Below are positions 36,717-49,901 of a DNA stretch of 64,000 nucleotides, one piece after another. The first letter of the stretch is position 1. The number at the start of each line of letters is the position of its first letter. A model generated the notes under the pieces. That model was not told the origin of the DNA, searched no databases, and saw only the letters and a program-made list of their open reading frames with translations. The translations under genes were made by a program, and so were the position numbers. Source of the DNA: Squalus acanthias (lineage: Eukaryota); assembly GCA_030390025.1 (NCBI GenBank), contig JASTWF010000329.1, positions 62,001 to 126,000 on the forward strand, in the 5' to 3' direction.

Positions 36717-39700
36717 CGTGTACCTGCCCTGGGAGTGTTTGATGGGCCAGTGTAGAGGGAGCTTTACTCTGGATGTAACCCGTGCTGTACCTGCCCTGGG
36801 AGTATTTGATGGGACGGTGGAGAGGGAGATTTACTCTGTATCTAACCCGTGCTGTACCTGCCCTGGGAGTGTTTGATGGGCCAGTGTAGAGGGAGCTTTA
36901 CTCTGGATGTAACCCGTGCTGTACCTGCCCTGGGAGTATTTGATGGGACGGTGGAGAGGGAGATTTACTCTGTATCTAACCCGTGCTGTACCTGCCCTGG
37001 GAGTGTTTGATGGGACAGTGCAGAGGGAGCTTTACTCTGTATGTAACCCGCGCTGTACCTTCCCTGGGAGTGTTTGATGGGACAGTGTAGAGGGAGCTTT
37101 ACTCTGTATCTAACCGTGCTGTACCTGCCCTGGGAGTTTTTGATGGGACATTGCAGAGGGAGCTTTGCTCTGTATTTAACCCATGCTGTACCTGCCCTGG
37201 GAGTGTTTGATGGGACAGTGTAGAGGGAGCTTCAGTCTGTATCTAACCTGTGCTGTACCTACCCTGGGAGTGTTTGATTGCACAGTGTAGAGGGAGCTTT
37301 AATCTATCTAACCCGTGCTGTACCTCACCAAGGAGTGTTTAATCAGACAGTATAGAGGGAGCTTTAATCTATTTAACCCGTGCTGTACCTGCCCTGGGAG
37401 TGTTTCATGGGATAGTGTCAAAGGAGCTTTACTCTGTATGTAACCTGTGCTGTACCTGCCCTGGGAGTGTTTGATGAGACAGTGTAGAGTGAGCGTTACT
37501 CTGTATTTAACCCGTGCTGTACCTGCCCTGGGAGTGTTTGATGGGACAGTGTAGAGGGTGCTTTACTCTGTATCTAACCTGTGCTGCAACTGCCCTGGGA
37601 GTGTTTGATGGGACAAAAAAGAGGGAGCTTTACTCTGTATCTTACCCGAGCTGTACATGCCCTGGGAGTGTTTCATGGGACAGTGTAGAGGGAGCGTTGC
37701 TCTGTATTTAACCCGTGCTGTACCTGCCCTGGGAATATTTGATGGGACAGTGCAGAGGGAGCTTGACTCTGTATCTAACCCGTGCTGTACCTGCCGTGGG
37801 AGAGTTTGATGGGACAGTGTCGAGGGAGCTTTAATCTGTATCTAACCTGTGCTGTACCTGCCCTGTGAGTGTTTGATGGGACAGTGTAGAGGGAGCTTTA
37901 CTCTGTATCTAACCCGTGCTGTACCTGCCCTAGGAGTGTTTGGTGGGACAATTGAGAGGGAGCTTTACTCTGTATCTCACCCGTGCTGTACCTACCCTGG
38001 GAGTGTTTGATGGGACAGTATAAAGGGAGTTTTACTCTGTATCTAACCCGTGCTGGACCTGCCCTGGGAGTGTTTGATGGTACAGTGTAGAGGGAGCTTT
38101 ACTCTGTATCTAACCTGTGCTGTACCTGCCCCGGGAGTGTTTGATGGGACAGTGCACAGGGAGCATTACTCTGTATCTAACCCGTGCTTTACTGCCCCGG
38201 GAGTGTTTGATGGGACAGTCTAGTGCGAGCTTTACTCCGTATCTAACCCGTGCTGTACCTGTCCTGGGAGTGTTTGATGGGACAGTGTAGAGGGAGCTTT
38301 ACTCTGTATCGAACCCGTGCTGTCGCTGCCCTGGGAGTGTTTGATGGGACAGTGTAGAGGGAGCTTTACTCTGTATCTAAACCATGCTGTACCTGCCCTG
38401 GGAGTGTTTGATGGGACAGTGTAGAGGGAGCTTTACTCTGTAACTAACCCCTGCTGCACCTGCCCTGGGAGTGTTTGATGGGCCAGTGGACAGGGAGCTT
38501 TACTGTGTATCTAACCCGTGCTGCACCTGCCCTGGGAGTGTTTGAGGGGACAGTGTAGTGGGAGTTTTACTCTGTATCTAACCCGTGCTGTACCTGCCCG
38601 GGGAGTGTTTGATGGGATCGTGTCGATGGACTTTTATTCTGTATCTAACCCGTGCTGTACCTGCCCGGGGAGTTATTGATGGGATAGTTTAGAGGGAGCT
38701 TCACTCTATATCTAACCCGTGCTGTACCTGCCCTGGGAGTGCTTGATGGGACAGTGTAGAGGGTGCTTTACTCTGTATTTAACCCGTGCTGTACCTGCCC
38801 TGGGAGTGTTTGATGAGACAGTGTAGAATGAGCGTTACTCTGTATTTAACCCGTGCTGTACCTGCCCTGGGAGTGTTTGATGGGACAGTGTAGAGGGAGC
38901 TTTACTCTGTATCTAACCCGTGCTGTACCTGCCCTGGGAGTGTTTGATGGGACAGTGTAGAGGGAGCTTTACTCTGTATCTAACCCGTGCGGTACCTGCC
39001 CTGGGAGTGTTTGATGCGACAGTGTAAAGGGAGCTTTAATCTGTATCTAACCCATGCTGTACCTTCCCTGGGAGTGTTTGGTGGGACAATGTATAGGGAG
39101 CTTTACTCTGTATCTAAACCATGCTGTACCTGCCCTAGTAGTGTTTTATGAGATAGTGTAATGGTAGCTTTACTCTGTATGTAACTGCGCTGTACCTGCC
39201 CTGGGAGTGTTTGATGGGACAGTGTAGAGGGAGATTTACTCTGACTCTAACCCGTGCCGTACCTGCCCGGGGAGTGTTTGATGGGACAGTGCAGAGGGAG
39301 CTTTGCTCTGTATCTAACCTGTGCTGTACCTGCCCTGGGAGTATCTGATGGGACAGTGTAGAGGGAGCTTTACTCTGTATCTAACCCCTGCTGTACCTGC
39401 CCTGGGAGAGTTTAATGGGACAGTGTCGAAGGAGCTTTACTCTGTATTTAACCCGTGCTGTACCTGCCCTGGGAGTGTTTGATGGGACAGTGTAGAGGGA
39501 GCTTTACTCTGTATCTGACCCATGCTGTACCTTCCCTGGGTTTGATGGGACAGTGTAGAGGGAGCTTTACTCTGAATCTAACCTGTGCTGTACCTGCCCG
39601 GGGAGTGTTTGGTGGGACAATGTCGAGGGAGCTTTGCTCTGTATCGAAACCATGCTGTCCGTGGCCTAGGAGTGTTTGATGGGATAATGTAGAGGGAGTT

Positions 39701-40082
39701 TTACTCTGTATCTAACCCATGCTGGACCTGCCCTGGGAGTGTTTGATGGGACAGTATCGAGGGGCCTTTACTCTGTATCTAACCCGTGCTGCACCTGCCC
39801 TGGGAGTGTTTGCTGGGACAATGTCGAGGGAGCTTTGCTCTGTATCTAAACCATGCTGTACGTGCCCAAGGAGTGTTTATGGGATAGTGTAAAGGGAGCT
39901 TTGCTCTGTATTTAACCCATGCTGTACCTGCCCTGGGAGTGTTTGATGGGACAGTGTAGAGGGAGCTTAACTCGGTATCTAACCCATGCTGTACCTGCCC
40001 TGGGAGTGTTTGATGGGACAGTGTAGAGGGAGCTTTACTCTGTATCTAACCCGTGCTGAACCTGCCCTGGGATGTTTGATGG
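36717..40082 (+). repeat. 67-bp satellite array (left part)
   Basis: Same unit as 3196-8640; interrupted by a PLE insertion. Confidence 0.98.
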
Positions 40083-40174
40083 TCATGATGCGGAGATGCC
40101 GGTTGTTGGACTGGGGTGGACAAATTTGAGAGGTCGCACAACACCAGGTTATAGTCCAACAGTTTTATTTGAAA

Positions 40175-40216
40175 TCACAAGCTTTCGGAGCTATCGATTG
40201 CCCCTTCCTCAGGTGA
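40175..40216 (-). ncRNA. Minimal hammerhead ribozyme motif (inverted pLTR copy)
   Basis: Reverse complement of 42714-42755. Confidence 0.75.
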
Positions 40217-41786
40217 AGTAAATAGATACAGAATCGCCAAAGCATATATAGATAGAGAACAAAGCATATGTTCCTTACAATTGCAGACAACTAAATTAAA
40301 TCATCCTGACTATCTGCCGAGGTGTGTTAAAGTTAATCAGGTCAGCCAGGAAGGTACCACATCAAAGACATAGCAAGATACAACTGAGACAATGAGGTGT
40401 AGTCGCAGGGGTTCTAACGTGTCAAAAGCTGCCGTCTGTATGTAAAACGAAAAGCTTTAAAATTTTTACTTTTTTACTGGGAAAATTTTTACTTTTTTAC
40501 TGGGAACCAGCTTCTGTCGCAACACTACAGACTTCTTACAGAAACTCAGCACCCACGGACCAGTTGAACCAGGAACACTCCTCGCCACGATGGACGTATC
40601 GGCACTCTACGCCAGTATCCCCCACGATGACGGCATCGCTGCGACAGCCTCAGTACTCAACACCAACAACAGCCAATCTCCAGACGCCATCCTACAACTC
40701 ATCCGCTTCATCCTTGACCACAATGTCTTCACCTTCGACAACCATTTTTTTACCCAAACACACGGAACAGCCATGGGGACCAAATTCGCACCCCAATACG
40801 CCAACATCTTCATGCACAAGTTCGAGTAAGACTTCTTCGCTGCACAGGACCTCCAGCCAACGCTGTACACCAGATACATCGACGACATTTTCTTCCTTTG
40901 GACCCATGGCGAAGGATCACTGAAAAGACTACACGATAACATAAACAAGTTCCATCCCACCATCAAACTCACCATGGACTACTCCTCAGAATCGGTTTCA
41001 TTCCTGGACACATGAATCTCCATCAAAGACGGACACCTCAGCACTTCACTCTACCGCAAGCCCACGGACAACCTCACGATGCTCCACTTCTCCAGCTTCC
41101 ACCCTAACCATGTTAAAGAAGCCATCCCCTATGGACAAGCCCTGCGAATACACAGGATCTGCTCAGACGAGGAGGAACGCGATGGACACCTACGGACGCT
41201 GAAAAACGCCCTCGTAAGAACGGGATATGACGCTCGACTCATCGATCGACAATTCCGACGGGCCACAGCGAAAAATCGCATAGACCTCCTCAGAAGGCAA
41301 ACACGGGACACAACCAACAGGGTACCCTACGTCGTCCAGTACTTCCCCGGAGCGGAGAAACTACGCCATGTTCTTCGCAGCCTTCAACATGTCATCGATG
41401 ACGACAAACACCTCGCTAAGGCCATCCCCACGCCTCCACTACTTGCCTTCAAACAGCCGCCTAACCTCAGAAGTACCATCGTTCGCAGCAAATTACCCAG
41501 CTTTCAGGATAACAGCGACCACGACACCACACAACCCTGCCACGGCAAACTCTGCAAGACATGCCAGATCATCAACACAGATACCACCATCACACGTGAG
41601 GACACTACCCACCAGGTACATGGTACATACTCATGTGACTCGGCCAACGTTGTCTACCTCATACGTTGCAGGAAAGAATGCACCGCGGCATGGTACATCG
41701 GCGAGACCATGCAGACACTGAGACAACGTATGAACGAGCACCGCGCAACAATCGCCAGGCAGGATTGTTACCTCCCAGTCGGGGAA

Positions 41787-42210
41787 CATAGAAACATAGA
41801 AACATAGAATCTAGGAGCAGGAGTAGGCCATTCGGCCCGTCGAGCCTGCTCCACCATTCAATACGATCATGGCTGATCATCCAAATCCAGTACCCTGTCC
41901 CTGCTTTAATCCCCACAGTACACATATCCCACCCTACCCCCGTAACCCCACATATTTAATTCCCCCTAACATATCCCATCCTATCCCCATAACCCCACAT
42001 ATTTAATACCCCCCTAACACTAAGGGTCAATTTATCATAGCCAAATCAACCTAACCCGCACATTTTTGGACTGTGGGAGGAAACCGGAGCACCCGGAGGA
42101 AACCCACGCAGACACGGGGAGAATGTGCAAACTCCACACAGACAGTCACCCGAGGTCAGATTCGAACCCGGGTCCCTGGCGCTGTGAGGCACCAGTGCTA
42201 ACCACTATGA
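41787..42210 (-). mobile_element. V-SINE (HE1-like) joined to a CR1 3' end, inserted in the PLE ORF
   Basis: SINE ~41914-42209 matches 24700-24937; CR1 tail ~41787-41913 matches 25590-25710; PLE frame resumes ggggaa|cacttcagc. Confidence 0.88.
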
Positions 42211-42713
42211 CACTTCAGCAGTCAAGGACATTCAGCCTCAGATCTGCGGGTAAGCGTTCTCCAAGGCAACCTTAGAAACACACGACAACGCAAAATCATC
42301 GAGCAGAAACTGATAGCCAAGTTCCGCACTCATGAAGACGGTCTCAACCGGGATCTTGGGTTTATGTCACGATACATGACGTGATCCGGACTCGAGTCGT
42401 CGTTGGCTTGTTCACAGATGTGATTCCCAGTAAAAAAGTAAAAATTTTCCCAGTAAAAAAGTAAAAATTTTAAAGCTTTTCGTTTTACATACAGACGGCA
42501 GCTTTTGACACGTTAGAACCCCTGCGACTACACCTCATTGTCTCAGTTGTATCTTGCTATGTCTTTGATGTGGTACCTTCCTGGCTGACCTGATTAACTT
42601 TATCACACCTCGGCAGATAGTCAGGATGATTTAATTTAGTTGTCTGCAATTGTAAGGTACACATGCTTTGTTCTCTATCTATATATACTTTGGCGATTCT
42701 GTATCTATTTACT

Positions 42714-42755
42714 TCACCTGAGGAAGGGGCAATCGATAGCTCCGAAAGCTTGTGA
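42714..42755 (+). ncRNA. Minimal hammerhead ribozyme motif in PLE-A 3' pLTR
   Basis: tcac-CTGAGGA-a-ggggc-aatcgata-gctcc-GAAA-gctt-gtga: stem I tcac/gtga, stem II ggggc/gctcc, palindromic aagctt stem III, CUU cleavage triplet. Confidence 0.75.
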
Positions 42756-42803
42756 TTTCAAATAAAACTGTTGGACTATAACCTGGTGTTGTGCGACCTC
42801 TCA

Positions 42804-44487
42804 GTGTTTGATGGGACAGTGTAGATGGAGTTTTACTCTGTATCTCACCCGTGCTGTATCTGCCCTGGGAGTGTTTGATGGGACAGTGTAGAGGGAGCTT
42901 TACTCTGTATCTAACCTGTGCTGTACCTGCCCTGACAGTGTTTGATGGGACAGTGTAGAGGGAGCTTTACTCTGTATCTAACCCGTGCAGTACCTGCCCT
43001 GGGAGAGTTTGATGGGACAGTGCAGAGGAGCTTTACTCTGTATCTAACCGTGCTGTAACTGCCCTGGGAGTGTTTGATGGGACAGGTAGAGGGAGCTTTA
43101 CTCTGTATCTAACCCGTGCTGTACCTTCCTGGGAGTGTTTGATGGGACAGTGTAGAGGGAGCTTTACTCCGTATCTAACCCGTGCTGTACCTGCCCTGGG
43201 AGTGTTTGATGGGACAGTGTAGAGGGAGCTTTACTCTGCATCTAACCCGTGCTGTACCTTGCCCTGGGAGTGTTTGATGGGACAGTGTAGAGGGAGCTTT
43301 ACTCTGTATCTAACCCGTGCTGTACCTGCCCTGGGAGTGTTTGATGGGACAGTGTAGAGGGAGCTTTACTCTGTATCTAACCCGTGCTGTACCTGCCCAA
43401 GGAGTGTTTGATCAGACAGTATAGAGGGAGCTTTAATCTATCCAACCCGTGCTGTACCTGCCCTTGGAGTGTTTCATGGGATAGTGTAGAGGGAGCTTTA
43501 CTCTGTATCTAACCCGTGCTGAACCTGCCCTGGGAGTGTTTGATGGGACAGTGTAGAGGGAGCTTTACTCTGTAACCCGTGCTGTACCTGCCCTGGGAGT
43601 GTTTGATGGGACAGTGTAGATGGAGTTTTACTCTGTATCTAACCCGTGCTGTACCTGCCCTGGGAGTGTTTGATCGGACAGTATAGAGGGAGCTTTACTC
43701 TGTATCTAACCTGTGCTTTTCTGCCCCGGGAGTGTTTGATGGGACAGTTTCGTGTGAGCTTTACTCCGTATCTAGCCCGTGCTGTACCTTCCCTGGGAGT
43801 GTTTGATGCGACAGTGTAGAGGGAGCTTTATTCTGTATCTAACCCGTGCTGTACCTGCCCTGGGAGAGTTTGATGGGACGGTGTAGAGGGAGCTTTCCTC
43901 TGTATCTAACCCGTGCTGTACCTGCCCTGGGAGTATTTGATGGGACGGTGTAGAGGGAGCTTTACTCTGTATCTAACCCGTGCTGTACCTGCCCTGGGAC
44001 TGTTTGATGGGACAGTGTAGTGGGAGCTTTACACTGTATCTAACCCGTGCTGTACCTGCCCTGGGAGTGTTTGATGGGACAGTGTAGAGGGTGCTTTACT
44101 CTGTATCTAACCTGTGCTGCACCTGCCCTGGGAGTGTTTGATGGGACAGTAGAGGGAGCTTTTGTCTGTATCTAACCCGTGCTGTACCTTTACTGGGAGT
44201 GTTTGATGGGACAGTGTAGAGGGAGCTTTACTCTGTATCATACCCGTGCTGTACCTGCCCTGGGAGTGTTTGATGGGACAGTGTAGAGGGAGCTTTACTC
44301 TGGATCTATCCCGTGCTGTCCCTGCCCTGGGAGTGTTTGAAGGGACAGTGTAGAGGGAGCTTTACTCTGTATCATACCCGTGCTGTACCTGCCCTGGGAG
44401 TGTTTGATGGGACAGTGTAGAGGGAGCTTTACTCTGTATCTAACCCGTGCTGCACCTGCTCTGGGAGTGTTTGATGGGACAGTGTAA
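42804..44487 (+). repeat. 67-bp satellite array (right part)
   Basis: Continues in phase after the PLE insertion. Confidence 0.98.
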
Positions 44488-46097
44488 GTTACTGTGGACA
44501 CGCGGAACTTGCAAGTTTACTCTGATTGATGGATCAATGTAAGGTACGGTAGAGGACAGAGAATCTGCTCATCTTATATTTCTAATAAGGTATTAAAGTT
44601 GCTGACACGAGACTCTTGAACCTGCTAATTAATAAGACAAGGCATCAGCTAGAATCTTAAACCTCTTTACTGTTCTGCTCCTCTACTCCTTTTAAACAGA
44701 GTCGAGATAGGAAGAGAAAGTTCCGTGGGGCAAGAACAGGCTGAAACGAAGGGTTTACCGGGGCAGTCCTGTTTTTGTATATTGGGAAGGAGGTAGAAGC
44801 GGGCTGTGCGGGGTTGGGGAACTATGAGGTTGGCGGCCGTGGGGGGAAGATCTCCAGAGGAGATGAGGTCAGTGACGGTCTTGGACACGGTGGCTTGATG
44901 TTCAGTAGTGGGGTCATGGTCCAGGTGGAGGTAGGAGGAGGTGTCAGAGAGTTGGCGTTCAACTTCCGCTAGGTAGAGGTCGGTTCGCCAAACAACAACA
45001 GCGCCACCCTTGTCAGCAGGTTTAATGACAATGTCAGGGTTGGATCGGAGAGAATGGAGTGCTGCAAGTTCAGAGGGAGGTAGGTTGGAGTGAGTGAGGG
45101 GAGCAGAGAAATTGAGCTGGCCGATGTCACGGCGGCAGTTAGCAATGAAAAGATCAAGAGAGGGTAAGAGGCCAGAGGGAGGGGTCCAGGTGGAACGAGA
45201 ATTCTGAAAGTGGGAGAAAGGGTCAGCCGTGCAGGGGAAGACTCCTGGCCAGAGAAGTGGGCACGGAGACGGAGGCGGCGGAAAAAGAGCTCAGCATCGT
45301 GCCGAGCTCGAAATTCATTGAGATGGGGGCGTAAGGGGATGAAGCTCAGGCCTTTGCTGAGGACTGATCGTTCGGGGTCAGAGAGGGGAAGGTCAGAGGG
45401 GATAGTGAAAACGCGGCAGGGGGTGAGATTGGGAGAAGGGGGATCAGAGGAAAGTGAAGGGGAAGAAGGTTCTGGAGGGGCTTTAGTGTCCAAGAGTTGT
45501 TGAAGCTTGCGATCCTTGACATCGGAAAGGAAGAAGAAAAGTTTTTTGTTGAAGCGTCGGATGAGTCTAAGGATGAAATGGAACTGTGGACCCGGACAGC
45601 TTTGAGATAGAGTGCGTCGGTGCTGCTGAAGAGAGAGTGTTCATGTGGCGCCGCATGGCGTTGAGCGTGGATCTCAAGATGCGGCGAGAGCAGTAGTTCG
45701 AGGAACGATGAATATCTTGGAGATATTTGTAATCCTGGGTTGTACTGAAACACGAAGGGTGGAAGTTTAGTTGGAATCCACGTGGGATAAGTCGGAACCG
45801 GAGACAGTTGCTGAGGAAAGTAATGTGGCTGTGAAACCGAGTCTTGGCAGATACCTGATCAAACACGAGAAGGGAAACTGAAATCAATGAAGATGAACAA
45901 GGTTGAAGAGCCAAACGGAAATCCCGTCGAAGAGAAGAGCAGAACTTCTTCAAGGTAGGCATTCCCAGAAGAGAGGTGGCAGTGAACCAAACACTAATAC
46001 GATAGCAAAATACTGCGGATGCTGGAAATCCGAAATAACAACAGAAAACGCTGGAAAAACTCAGCAGGCCAGGCAGCATCCGTGGAGAGAGAAAGAG

Positions 46098-46134
46098 AGT
46101 TAACGTTTCAGGTCGATGACCTTTCATCAGAACT
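46098..46134 (-). ncRNA. Minimal hammerhead ribozyme motif of PLE-B
   Basis: Minus strand agtt-CTGATGA-a-aggtc-atc-gacct-GAAA-cgtt-aact; palindromic aacgtt stem III, GUU cleavage triplet. Confidence 0.8.
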
Positions 46135-46405
46135 GGGAAGAGCCGGAAATCAAATAGATTTAAGGCCAGGGTAAAGCTGGGAAAAGGGGGAGGGGATAAA
46201 GGAACAAAGGGGGAGATGAAGAGACATTAAGAGACATTAAGAGATATGCAAGGCTAGAGGTGGTGTTAATGTGACAGATTAAGGCTGAATGAAGTGTGAA
46301 ATCCACTGGCAGAATGAAGGACAGCTGCCAGCTTCTAGGAGAAAAAAAAAGGTGGGGGGGGGGGGGACAAATAAAAATAAAATATAAATGTGATTGGAGC
46401 TGAGG

Positions 46406-48148
46406 TTATGATCTAAAATTGTTGAACTCGATATTGAGTCCAGAGGGCTGTAGCGTGCCTAAACGAAAGATGAGGTGCTGTTCCTCGAGCTTACGCTGCA
46501 CTTCCATGGAACAGTGTAATAGGCCGAGGACGGTGAGGTCAGAGTGGGAGTGAAGCGGTGAATTAAAGTGACAGGCCACCGGGAGCTCGGGGTCCCCCTT
46601 ACGGACTGAACGGAGGTGTTCCGCAAAGCGGTCACCCAATCTGCGTTTGGTCTCCCCAATGTAGAGGAGTCCACATCGTGAGCAGCGAATACAGTATACT
46701 AAATTGCAGGAAGTACAAGTAAATCGCTGTTTCACCTGGAAGGGGTGTTTGGGGCCCTGGACAGTGGGAAGAGGGGAGGTATAAGGGCAGGTGTTGCATC
46801 TCCTGCGCGTGCACGGGAAGGTGCCGGGCGAAGGGGAAGGGGTGCTGGGGGTGGTAGAGGAGTAGACTAGGGTGTCGCGGAGGGAGCGGTCCCTACGGAA
46901 TGCTGAAAGGGGAGGTGAGGGGAAGATGTGTTTGGTGGTGGGATCACGCTGGAGGTGGCGGAAATGGCGGAGGATGATCCGTTGAATGTGGAGGCTGGTG
47001 GGGTGAAAGGTGAGGACAAGGGGAACCCTATCGTGGTTCTGGGAGGGAGGGGAAGGGGTGAGAGCAGAAGTGCGGGAGATAGAACGGACACGGTCAAGGG
47101 CCGTGTCGACCACGGTAGAGGGGAATCCTCGGTTGAGGAAAAAGGAAGACACGTCAGAAGCACTGGTATGGAAGGTGGCATCATCAGAGCAGATGCGGCG
47201 GAGACGGAGAAACTGGGAGAATGGAATAGAGTCCTTACAGGAGGCGGGGTGGGAGGAAGTGTAGTCCAGGTAGCTGTGGGAGTCAGTGGGCTTGTAGTGA
47301 ATGTTAGTCAATAACCTATCCCCAGAGATGGAGATGGAGAAGTCGAGGAAGGGAAGGGAAGAGTCGGAGATGGACCATGTGAAGGTGAGGGAAGGGTGGA
47401 AATTGGAAGCATAGTGAATGAAATGTTCTAGTTCAGGGCGAGAGCAGGAGACGGCACCGATACAGTCATCAATGTACCGGAAAAAGAGGTGAGGGAGGGG
47501 ACCCGAGTAGGACTGGAACAAAGAGTGTTCCACATATCCCACGAAAAGGCAGGCATAGCTAGGACCCATGCGGGTACCCATAGCAACACCTTTAATTTGG
47601 AGGAAATGGGTGGAGTCAAAGGAGAAGTTGTTCAATGTGAGAACAAGTTTAGCCAGGCGGAGGAGGGTAGTGGTGGATGGGGACTGGTTGGGCCTCTGTT
47701 CAAGGAAGAAGCGGAGCGCCCTCAGGCCATCCTGGTGGGGAATGGAGGTGTAGAGGGATTGTACGTCCATAGTGAAGAGGAGACGGTTGGGGCCGGGAAA
47801 CTGGAAACTGTTAAAATGGCGGAGGGCATCGGAAGAGTCGCAGATGTAGGTGGGAAGAGACTGGACAAGGGGAGAAAAAATAGAGTCGAGATAGGAAGAG
47901 ATAAGTTCCGTGGGGCAAGAACAGGCTGAAACGATGGGTCTACCGGGGCAGTCCTGTTTGTGGATCTTGGGAAGGAGGTAGAAGCTGGCTGTGCAGGGTT
48001 GGGGAACTATGAGGTTGGCAGCCGTGGGGGGGAAGATCTCCAGAGGAGATGAGGTCAGTGACGGTCTTGGACACGGTGGCTTGATGTTCAGTAGTGGGGT
48101 CATGGTCCAGGTGGAGGTAGGAGGAGGTGTCAGAGAGTTGGCGTTCAA
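46406..48148 (-). pseudogene. PLE-B reverse transcriptase/GIY-YIG endonuclease, long open part
   Basis: 580-aa ORF with YLLPKIHK, GRPIVS, MDVQSLYTSIP, GVAMGT, YIDD and GIY-YIG motifs; N-terminus separated by frameshifts. Confidence 0.9.
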
Positions 48149-49294
48149 CTTCCGCTAGGTAGAGGTCGGTTCGCCAAACAACAACAGCGCCACCCTTGTC
48201 AGCAGGTTTAATGACAATGTCAGGGTTGGATCGGAGAGAATGGAGTGCTGCAAGTTCAGAGGGAGGTAGGTTGGAGTGAGTGAGGGGAGCAGAGAAATTG
48301 AGCTGGCCGATGTCACGGCGGCAGTTAGCAATGAAAAGATCAAGAGAGGGTAAGAGGCCAGAGGGAGGGGTCCAGGTGGAACGAGAATTCTGAAAGCGGG
48401 AGAAAGGGTCAGCCGTGCGGGGGAAGACTCCTGGCCAGAGAAGTGGGGACGGAGGCGGCGGAAAAAGAGCTCAGCATCGTGCCGAGCTCGAAATTCATTG
48501 AGATGGGGGCGTAAGGGGATGAAGCTCAGGCCTTTGCTGAGGACTGATCGTTCGGAGTCAGAGAGGGGAAGGTCAGAGGGGATAGTGAAAACGCGGCAGG
48601 GGGTGAGATTGGGAGAAGGGGGGTCAGAGGAAAGTGAAGGGGAAGAAGGTTCTGGAGGGGCTTTAGTGTCCAAGAGTTGTTGAAGCTTGCGATCCTTGAC
48701 ATCGGAAAGGAAGAAGAAAAGTTTTTTGTTGAAGCGTCGGATGAGTCTAAGGATGAAATGGAACTGTGGACCCGGACAGCTTTGAGATAGAGTGCGTCGG
48801 TGCTGCTGAAGAGAGAGTGTTCATGTGGCGCCGCATGGCGTTGAGCGTGGATCTCAAGATGCGGCGAGAGCAGTAGTTCGAGGAACGATGAATATCTTGG
48901 AGATATTTGTAATCCTGGGTTGTACTGAAACACGAAGGGTGGAAGTTTAGTTGGAATCCACGTGGGATAAGTCGGAACCGGAGACAGTTGCTGAGGAAAG
49001 TAATGTGGCTGTGAAACCGAGTCTTGGCAGATACCTGATCAAACACGAGAAGGGAAACTGAAATCAATGAAGATGAACAAGGTTGAAGAGCCAAACGGAA
49101 ATCCCGTCGAAGAGAAGAGCAGAACTTCTTCAAGGTAGGCATTCCAAGAAGAGAGGTGGCAGTGAACCAAACACTAATACGATAGCAAAATACTGCGGAT
49201 GCTGGAAATCCGAAATAACAACAGAAAACGCTGGAAAAACTCAGCAGGCCAGGCAGCATCCGTGGAGAGAGAAAGAGAGTTAACGTTTCAGGTC

Positions 49295-49606
49295 NNNNNN
49301 NNNNNNNNNNNNNNNNNNNNNNNNNNNNNNNNNNNNNNNNNNNNNNNNNNNNNNNNNNNNNNNNNNNNNNNNNNNNNNNNNNNNNNNNNNNNNNNNNNNN
49401 NNNNNNNNNNNNNNNNNNNNNNNNNNNNNNNNNNNNNNNNNNNNNNNNNNNNNNNNNNNNNNNNNNNNNNNNNNNNNNNNNNNNNNNNNNNNNNNNNNNN
49501 NNNNNNNNNNNNNNNNNNNNNNNNNNNNNNNNNNNNNNNNNNNNNNNNNNNNNNNNNNNNNNNNNNNNNNNNNNNNNNNNNNNNNNNNNNNNNNNNNNNN
49601 NNNNNN
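49295..49606. other. Assembly gap (312 N)
   Basis: Run of n. Confidence 1.
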
Positions 49607-49890
49607 GACGGAGGGAGCGGAGTATTGGACGGCAAGTGGGCGGGGAGGCTTCATAAATAACTAGTATAGGCCGCAAGCCCCAAATAATAACCTGAAGGTC
49701 CCGCGTTTGCAGCTTCGGGGCTTCTCCCGGTCACAGACCAGGCTAACGGCCGCCATCTTGATTCAGTGAGTAACAAAACGCATGCGCGGTCATCTTGATA
49801 TGACTCAAAGAGTGGGCGGGGCTTCCGTATCTGTTCCCCACCGGGTCCTTGTGCCCGGGTCAGTAAACCTTTGACTCAGTTATTTGAGGT
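49607..49890 (+). promoter_or_regulatory. Promoter/5' region of a ZNF-B paralog (inverted duplicate of ~31835-32116)
   Basis: Near-identical reverse complement; YY1 gccgccatcttg 49749-49760; GC box ~49814. Confidence 0.8.
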
Positions 49891-49901
49891 ATTTTTTCAC
49901 T

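Larger units (their letters stand above)
40083..42803 (+). mobile_element. Penelope-like element family A, 5'-truncated with inverted pLTR; RT + GIY-YIG pseudo-ORF
   Basis: MDVSALYASIPH, GTAMGTKFAPQYANIFM, RYIDD (~40875), NVVYLIRC...WYIGET; stops at 40827 and ~41012; 380-bp inverted repeats 40127-40506 and 42424-42803; probable TSD tgtttgatgg 40073-40082 and 42805-42814. Confidence 0.93.
44696..49294 (-). mobile_element. Penelope-like element family B in partial tandem (full ORF region + 3' UTR + hammerhead + ~1.4 kb second copy)
   Basis: ATG 49142; frameshifted pieces 48747-49142, 48155-48673 and 46406-48148 (RT FRYIDD; GIY-YIG LVYCIRCSRCGLLYIGETKR); 44696-46114 repeats 47876-49294 at offset 3180. 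Confidence 0.93.

Noticed and set aside
48747..49676. ORFs spanning the N run
   Set aside because: Gap artefacts. The sequences on either side belong to unrelated elements and their adjacency is unproven.
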